Part shown: positions 7,236-12,178 of the stretch, piece after piece
Layout: each line of letters begins with the position of its first letter
Position numbering within the stretch: position 1 is the stretch's first letter
Assembly: GCA_044866005.1 (NCBI GenBank)
Contig: JBIOTN010000125.1
Coordinates: 1-12,178, forward strand
Direction of reading: 5' to 3'
Source of the DNA: Candidatus Rokuibacteriota bacterium
Lineage (GTDB): Bacteria > Methylomirabilota > Methylomirabilia > Rokubacteriales > DASRDR01
Length of the DNA: 12,178 nt
The notes under the pieces: generated by a model
Database searches by the model: none
Seen by the model: only the letters and a program-made list of their open reading frames with translations
Told to the model about the DNA's origin: nothing
Translations under genes and position numbers: made by a program

Positions 7236-8228
7236 TCAGTCGCGGGAATGGGCGCGGCGCTCCTTGTAGAACTCTGTCGCCGACATCGGCTTCGACGGGT
7301 CCGGCTTCCAGCGCGCCGGCTCGCGCGTGGACTTCCCGAGCGCGCGCGCCATCTCCCGGATGTGCGTGGCCACCGCCCCGCAGCAGGCGCCGATGAAGTT
7401 CGCGCCGATCGCCTTCGCCTGCCGCGCGTAGTCGGCCATCTCGTGGCGCGTGAGCTGGTAGGGCTCCATGGCGTCCGGGAAGCCCTTGAGGCCGGTGAAG
7501 AACGGGGTCGCGTCGGTCGTCCGGTAGGCCGGCGCCTGCACCGCGATGTAGCCGTTGGTGGCCTTGCGCATCTCCTCGACGATGGGCAGCATGTGCTTCG
7601 GCCCCCGCCAGCAGTTGGTCCCCACGATGTCGGCGCCGGCCCCGATCAGCGCCTTGGCGCACTCCGCGGGCGACTTGCCGTCCCGCGTCACCAGCTTGTC
7701 CTCGAACGACATCGTGACCATGACGGGGCGCTTGCTCAGCTTGCCGCGCTCCACTGCCAGGAGCGCCTCGCCGAGGTAGAGGTAGGTCTCGGCGATGACG
7801 AAGTCGATCCCGACCTCGAGCTGGTGACCGAGCTGCTCGTCGAGTAGCTTGCGCACCCGGTCGGCGGCGGTCGGGCTCTCCGGCTGGTATTGCCAGGTCA
7901 TGCTGAGATTCCCCGCCACGAGCGCACGGTCGCCGGCGGCCTTGCGGGCGAGCTTGACGGCTGCCCGGTTGATGTCGCCGACCCGCTCCCCGTAGCCGAC
8001 CGTCGCGAGCTTCTCGCGGTCGCCATAGAAGGCGAGAGCCTGGATGACTTCCGCCCCGGCGTCCACGAACTCGCGGTGGAGCTCGAGCACGGCGTCCGGG
8101 TGCTCGACCGTCGCCTCCGGCGTGAAGGGGCCGGCCAGCACGTACCCTCGCTTCTCGAGCTCGAGGACGTAGCCGCCGTCGCCCAGTACCACGCCGTCTC
8201 GCAGTCGCTCCAGAATGCCCTTGGCCAT
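7236..8228 (-). CDS. bhmT: Zn-dependent homocysteine S-methyltransferase, betaine-homocysteine methyltransferase (BHMT)-like
   Basis: The N-terminus KGILERL..GVVLGDGGYVLELEKRGYVLAGPFTPEATVEHPDAV.ELHREF closely parallels mammalian BHMT (from memory). Zn ligands are in GTNC and GACCG. SD AAAGGGGA precedes ATG 8228. Confidence 0.88.
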   Translation of the reverse strand: MAKGILERLRDGVVLGDGGYVLELEKRGYVLAGPFTPEATVEHPDAVLELHREFVDAGAEVIQALAFYGDREKLATVGYGERVGDINRAAVKLARKAAGDRALVAGNLSMTWQYQPESPTAADRVRKLLDEQLGHQLEVGIDFVIAETYLYLGEALLAVERGKLSKRPVMVTMSFEDKLVTRDGKSPAECAKALIGAGADIVGTNCWRGPKHMLPIVEEMRKATNGYIAVQAPAYRTTDATPFFTGLKGFPDAMEPYQLTRHEMADYARQAKAIGANFIGACCGAVATHIREMARALGKSTREPARWKPDPSKPMSATEFYKERRAHSRD

Positions 8229-8248
8229 GAGTGAGGTCCCCTTTCTTG

Positions 8249-9151
8249 TCAGCGGAGGTCGGTCCCGGCGAGTCGCTCCAGGATCGCGATGGGCGCCTTC
8301 GGCGGCAGCGCCAGCGACTCGCGGGCCACGATGAAGGTCTGCTCGAGCGCGTACTGCCCGCTCAGGACCGCGTGGCTCACCATGTCCGTGAAGACGATCC
8401 AGGTGGAACCGGGGGGAAACGCCAGCGTGGTCTTGCGGGCCCCGTCCTGATAGGCCCGATTCTCCTTCAGGAAGTGGTGAAACGCGAGCATGAACTCGTC
8501 GTAGGGCGGCCGGGGGGCCACCGGCAGCCCGACCGCCCGGAGCAGTCGTCGCGCCCGTCGCAAGAGCGTCTGCCGGCGCGTGCGGGTGAGGAGTCCCGAC
8601 GGGACCGCGAACCGCTCGGCCAACTCCTCGAAGCTCTCGCCCGTCTGCCAGACACGCGGGCTGGTGGGGTGGATGTTCGTGAAAACCCGCAGGATGCGAT
8701 CCCCGCGGCTCGGCCGCGTGGGGAACGCGTCGACGTGCAGGAGGTCGTTCCGGGCGCGCACCGCCAGCCGTCGCCCGGCCTCTTCCTGCGGGCGGAAGCT
8801 CGCGAAGTCGACGCGCCAGGCGCGCGCGTAGGTGGGCAAGAGCGCCGCCGCGAAGGCGACGACCCGACGCGAGTAGTCGCGGAGGACGCGCCGTAGCGTG
8901 TCCGCGTCGCCGGAGCGTCCGGTCACGAAGCCCGTGACCCGGTCGGGGCCGGGTCGATAGGCGATGTTCTTGTGATAGGCGGCGTCGGTCTGCCGCTGGG
9001 TCAGCAGGAAGGCCCGATCGGCTTCCGGCAGCTCGAACGGCGTCCGGGGGAAGAGCAGGATCCGCCCCTCCTCGAGCGCCTGGCGGTAGGTGAGCTCGCG
9101 ACCGGCGCTCGGCGCGCCCGGCTCGTCCACCGTCACGATGGACGTGCTCAC
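8249..9151 (-). CDS. Kdo hydroxylase (KdoO)-family Fe(II)/2-oxoglutarate dioxygenase
   Basis: This is the C-terminal 300 aa of the 8249..11026 ORF. Motifs are LEEGRILLFP, KNIAY, ASFRP, DLLHVDAFPTRP (HxD), RILRVFTNI, YDEFML.FHH.LK and FPPGSTW..FTD.VSHAVLSGQYALEQTF. GTG 9151 overlaps the upstream stop (GTGA). Confidence 0.85.
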   Translation of the reverse strand: MSTSIVTVDEPGAPSAGRELTYRQALEEGRILLFPRTPFELPEADRAFLLTQRQTDAAYHKNIAYRPGPDRVTGFVTGRSGDADTLRRVLRDYSRRVVAFAAALLPTYARAWRVDFASFRPQEEAGRRLAVRARNDLLHVDAFPTRPSRGDRILRVFTNIHPTSPRVWQTGESFEELAERFAVPSGLLTRTRRQTLLRRARRLLRAVGLPVAPRPPYDEFMLAFHHFLKENRAYQDGARKTTLAFPPGSTWIVFTDMVSHAVLSGQYALEQTFIVARESLALPPKAPIAILERLAGTDLR

Positions 9152-9864
9152 GACGTGCCCGTCGCCGCCGGCGCGAGTCCGAAGAGGCCGCTCAGCGACT
9201 TGAAGGGGGCGAGCACACCCTGCTCGGACAGGCGGACCAGCCCGGCGCCGCCCCCGAAGAGGCCCACCAGCGCAGGTTGCTCCTCGAGCGGCCAGTCGAG
9301 ATAGCCCGGAGCCAGCCGGGCGCTCAGGACGAGGCCGGCGCCGCGCGCTCGTGCCGCGAGGTCCCGCCTCAGGCCTCGCGCGGCCGTCTCGATCGCCGCC
9401 CAGCCGGCCGTGTCGAGGAGGAAGGCCTCGAGGAGGTCGCGGCGTGCGGTCAGCGCGGCGACCTCGGCCTCGAGGCGCGGCCCGAGCGTCAGCAGGAACG
9501 CCACGGCAAGCGGGCAGCCCTGGAGGAGACGGCCGACGGCGCGGCCCGAGAAGACCGGCCCCTCGCCGAGCCGCGCGCCGGCCGGTCCGGCGGTCGTGAC
9601 CCGCACGGTCCGGGTCAGGCCGCGCGCCTGCACGAGCTGACCGGCCCGCGCCGCCATCTGCTCCGCAGCTTCCCAGATCGCCCCGGCCACCATTTCCCGC
9701 CGGCGATAGCGGCACAGGCGGAGGACGAGCCAGGGGTCGATCGGGACGGGGGCGGGCTCCCAGGCCTCGATTCGCCCGGGCACGAACCGCCCGGGAGGCG
9801 GGGTGATGCCCCGGTCGACCGTCGGCTCGGGGCTGGATTCGACCATGTGGACCATGTGGCGCAT
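9148..9864 (-). CDS. Stand-alone cobalamin-dependent methionine synthase reactivation (AdoMet-binding) domain-like protein
   Basis: This is the C-terminal part of the 9148..10179 ORF. Motifs are AFLLTLGPRLE, EAFLLDTAG.AAIE, RLAPGYLDWPLEEQ and LAPFKSLSGLFG. The start is ambiguous among ATG 9864, 9855 and 9846. Confidence 0.78.
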   Translation of the reverse strand: MRHMVHMVESSPEPTVDRGITPPPGRFVPGRIEAWEPAPVPIDPWLVLRLCRYRRREMVAGAIWEAAEQMAARAGQLVQARGLTRTVRVTTAGPAGARLGEGPVFSGRAVGRLLQGCPLAVAFLLTLGPRLEAEVAALTARRDLLEAFLLDTAGWAAIETAARGLRRDLAARARGAGLVLSARLAPGYLDWPLEEQPALVGLFGGGAGLVRLSEQGVLAPFKSLSGLFGLAPAATGTS

Positions 9865-9892
9865 GCGCGTCTCGTGAAGCCGGGCGCTCCGA

Positions 9893-9901
9893 ACAATAGC
9901 A
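9893..9901 (-). promoter_or_regulatory. Possible extended -10 promoter for the minus-strand operon
   Basis: Minus strand TG-C-TATTGT (9901-9893), about 30 nt upstream of ATG 9864. Confidence 0.45.
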
Positions 9902-9985
9902 CAGGCCGGCGGGGCTGTCGCGTCCGGGGCCCGCCCGTACGGCCCCTCGGGGCGCGCGCGCCAGCGCGCCGGCCCAATTCCCCGC

Positions 9986-10014
9986 TTGACGCTTGCACGG
10001 CGCGTGTTGATAAT
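9986..10014 (+). promoter_or_regulatory. Sigma70-type promoter for the reductase-GNAT pair
   Basis: TTGACG (9986-9991), 17 nt, GATAAT (10009-10014) in the divergent intergenic region. Confidence 0.6.
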
Positions 10015-10084
10015 CGGACGTCGATCCGCGCCGCGGCTTTCCGCGGACGCGCCTGCCTCGGAACTGCCCATCCAGGAGGCGAAG

Positions 10085-10981
10085 ATGCAGGGACCTATCG
10101 GTTTCATCGGCCTCGGGATCATGGGCCGGCCCATGGCGAAGAACCTCCTGAAGGCCGGGTACGGCCTCGTCGTCCACAACCGCAGTCAGGGGGTTGTGCA
10201 GGAGCTTACCGGGCTGGGCGCCAAGGCGGCCCATTCCCCGGAGGGCGTCGCCCGCGAGGCGGACGTGATCGTCCTCATGCTGCCGAACTCGCCCGACGTG
10301 GAGCTGGTTGCGCTCGGCCCGCAAGGGCTGATCGAGGCCGTGCGGTCGGGACAGACGGTCCTGGACATGTCGACCATCTCCCCGCTGGTCTCGCAGAAGG
10401 TCGGCGCGGCGCTCGGGAAGCGCGGCGTGCGCATGCTCGACGCCCCGGTCTCGGGCGGCGAGAAGGGGGCGATGGAGGGGACGCTGTCGATCATGGTGGG
10501 GGGCGACCCCGGGGTGTTCCGGGAGGCGCTGCCGATCTTCCAGGCGATGGGGAAGACGATCACCCACCTCGGACCCCTCGGCTCGGGCGGCTTCACCAAG
10601 CTCGCGAACCAGATCATCGTGGCGGTGAACCTGACCGCGCTCGCGGAGGCGCTGACGCTCGCCGCCAAGGCGGGACTCGACATCGAGCTGACGCTCAAGG
10701 CCCTCGGCGGGGGGCTCGCCAACTCCCGGTGCCTCGAGCAGAAGGCCCCGAACTACCTGGCGCACGAGTTCAAGCCGGGCTTCAAGGTCGATCTGCACTA
10801 CAAGGACCTGGGGCTCATCATGGAGGCGGCCCGCTCGCTCGGCGTCCCGCTGCCGGCGACGGCGGTCGTGCAGGAGCTGTTCGGCGCCCTGCGGGTGCGG
10901 GGCGGGGGCGGTCTGGACCACTCGGGCATCGTCACGCTGCTCGAGCACCTGGCCGGGACGGAGGTGCGCAAGCGGTCGTGA
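10085..10981 (+). CDS. garR: 2-hydroxy-3-oxopropionate (tartronate semialdehyde) reductase / beta-hydroxyacid dehydrogenase, GarR/GlxR-like
   Basis: Motifs IGFIGLGIMGRPMA, DMSTI, DAPVSGG, KLANQ (catalytic Lys) and FKPGFKVDLHYKDL. ATG 10085 follows SD AGGAGG. Confidence 0.88.
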   Translation: MQGPIGFIGLGIMGRPMAKNLLKAGYGLVVHNRSQGVVQELTGLGAKAAHSPEGVAREADVIVLMLPNSPDVELVALGPQGLIEAVRSGQTVLDMSTISPLVSQKVGAALGKRGVRMLDAPVSGGEKGAMEGTLSIMVGGDPGVFREALPIFQAMGKTITHLGPLGSGGFTKLANQIIVAVNLTALAEALTLAAKAGLDIELTLKALGGGLANSRCLEQKAPNYLAHEFKPGFKVDLHYKDLGLIMEAARSLGVPLPATAVVQELFGALRVRGGGGLDHSGIVTLLEHLAGTEVRKRS

Positions 10982-11018
10982 GCGAGCGTCGAGACGGCGC
11001 GTCGGCCGGAGGGGCGGC

Positions 11019-11996
11019 GTGATCAAGGTCCGGCGGGTGCGGAAGGGCGACCTCTCGAGGATCCGGGAGGTCGTCGAGTCGGCGTTCGCCGACTTCTACG
11101 AGCGCCAGCTCGGCTCGCGCCCGCGGCAGGTCTTCGGCGGCGCGCAGTACGTGCACCACCGCTGGCTCATGGAACCCTGGGGCTGCTTCGTCGCCGAGGA
11201 GAACGAGAGCAAGATCGTCGGGGCCTCGATCGCCGTCTGCTGGGGCAGCGTCGGGGTCTTCGGGCCGGTCGCGGTGCTCACGCCCTACCAGAACCAGAAA
11301 GTGGCGCAGGCGCTCCTGAAGGCGGCGCAGGGCTTCTTCGACGAGAACCGCGTCACGCTGCAAGGGGTCGTGACGTACCCCTACAGCCCCAAGCACTTGA
11401 TCCTCTACCAGAAGTTCGGCTTCAAGCCGAAGTGGCTCGTCGCCATCACGAGCAAATCGCTCGAGCGTCGCGAGCTCCAGACCGGCCAGAGGCCGGCGCG
11501 GGGCGGCCCCCACGTCCGCCGCTTCTCCGCCTACGAGGAGAGCAAGAAGAAGGGGCTGCTCGGCCGACTCCGCACGCTGACGGGGAAGCTCTACCGGGGG
11601 CTCGACCTCACCAAGGAGGTCGAGATCGTCAGCGGGCTCGCGCTCGGCGACACGCTGCTCCTGGAGAAGGACCGCGCCGTCATCGGCTTCGCCATCTGTC
11701 ACACGCCGGGCGTCTCGGAGGCGCCGCACGACGCGCTGTACGTCAAGTTCGTGGCGATCGATCCGGCGCGCCGGCGGCCGGAGCATTTCGCCCAGCTCCT
11801 CGCCGCCTGCGAGGACTACGCCGTCACGGCCGGCTGCCAGCGCATCATCGCCCCCGTGTACACGGCCTACTGGCGCGCCTACCAGAGCTTGCTCGCCTCC
11901 GGCTATCAGATGGAGATGCTGATGATTCGCATGAAGCGGGGTCGGCACGAGGACTATGAGAAGGAGGAGGAGTTCGTCCTGGACGACTGGCGCTAG
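11019..11996 (+). CDS. Tandem GNAT-fold N-acetyltransferase
   Basis: GTG start with SD GGAGGGG. Acetyl-CoA motif A FGPVAVLTPYQNQKVAQALL and LYQKFGF, followed by a second, degenerate GNAT-like half (IGFAI..LYVKFVAIDP..QLLAACE). Confidence 0.8.
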   Translation: MIKVRRVRKGDLSRIREVVESAFADFYERQLGSRPRQVFGGAQYVHHRWLMEPWGCFVAEENESKIVGASIAVCWGSVGVFGPVAVLTPYQNQKVAQALLKAAQGFFDENRVTLQGVVTYPYSPKHLILYQKFGFKPKWLVAITSKSLERRELQTGQRPARGGPHVRRFSAYEESKKKGLLGRLRTLTGKLYRGLDLTKEVEIVSGLALGDTLLLEKDRAVIGFAICHTPGVSEAPHDALYVKFVAIDPARRRPEHFAQLLAACEDYAVTAGCQRIIAPVYTAYWRAYQSLLASGYQMEMLMIRMKRGRHEDYEKEEEFVLDDWR

Positions 11997-12000
11997 TCAC

Positions 12001-12071
12001 TCGGAGGGGGGCTCCGCCCCCCTTCCGACGGCCCTCGCGGCGAAGCCGCGGCGTTCGCCTCCGGCGAACGC
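12001..12071. repeat. Triple-hairpin palindromic (REP-like) element directly after the GNAT stop
   Basis: TCGGAGGGGGGC-TCC-GCCCCCCTTCCGA (12001-12028, one bulge), CGCGGC-GAA-GCCGCG (12036-12050) and GCGTTCGCC-TCC-GGCGAACGC (12051-12071). Confidence 0.7.
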
Positions 12072-12164
12072 ATCGGGCCTGCCTCCCCCCCCCGAACGAC
12101 GCTGCCCTTCGCGACCACGCCGTGTGTCCTTGACCTGCTCGGGTCTCGGCCCGCGCTGATGCCT

Positions 12165-12178
12165 TCGGAGGGGGCCTC
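12165..12178. repeat. Start of another copy of the palindromic unit, truncated by the window edge
   Basis: TCGGAGGGGGC (12165-12175) repeats the left arm at 12001 with one fewer G. Confidence 0.5.

Noticed and set aside
4468..7662. 1064-aa fusion protein, and likewise the apparent fusions 8249..11026, 101..1876 and 9148..10179
   Set aside because: Only the C-terminal portions are real genes, each with its own plausible start. The N-terminal parts overlap other genes in a different frame or strand.
8229..8248. SAM or cobalamin riboswitch ahead of BHMT or the operon
   Set aside because: The gap before BHMT is only 20 nt, and I recognised no riboswitch consensus in 9865-10084.
9841..9868. 9-nt tandem duplication GACCATGTG x2 and adjacent palindrome GCGCATGCGC at the start of the MetH-activation-like gene
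   Set aside because: It has only two units and gives alternative ATGs. It could be an operator, but nothing else supports a function.
1..12178. Genome-wide reassignment of TGA to Trp or Gly (code 4 or 25)
   Set aside because: TGA ends most genes here at their expected family C-termini (aor, ADH, ALDH, BHMT, KdoO-like, garR-like), and Trp is encoded by TGG. The recoding must be site-specific.
12001..12178. CRISPR array, tRNA (including tRNA-Sec) or the 67-aa ORF 11956..12159
   Set aside because: There is no regular repeat-spacer period and no cloverleaf with T-loop or CCA. The ORF is translated repeat sequence.

Overview
High-GC bacterial window with 11 densely packed genes. The GC content, gene mix and GC-rich intergenic palindromes resemble Ca. 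Rokubacteria/Methylomirabilota, but this is an impression only. Left block (+): a 5'-truncated W/Mo aldehyde:ferredoxin oxidoreductase, a MoaD/ThiS sulfur carrier whose frame runs past its Gly-Gly into a palindromic repeat, and a DCC (DUF393) thiol-disulfide oxidoreductase that the ORF track splits in two. In the DCC gene both cysteines of the DxxCxxC motif are in-frame TGA codons (DGG-U-GL-U), followed by a perfect SECIS-like hairpin. This is a candidate two-selenocysteine (UxxU) selenoprotein and the top finding. Middle block (-): stand-alone MetH reactivation-domain protein, Kdo-hydroxylase-like dioxygenase, animal-type BHMT, aldehyde dehydrogenase, GbsB-like Fe-alcohol dehydrogenase and HAD phosphatase, then a receiver-histidine kinase with no sensor domain. 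The block suggests a (phospho)choline to betaine to methionine route. Right block (+): 2-hydroxy-3-oxopropionate reductase-like gene, a tandem GNAT and REP-like hairpin repeats. All family calls come from motif recognition; no database searches were run.
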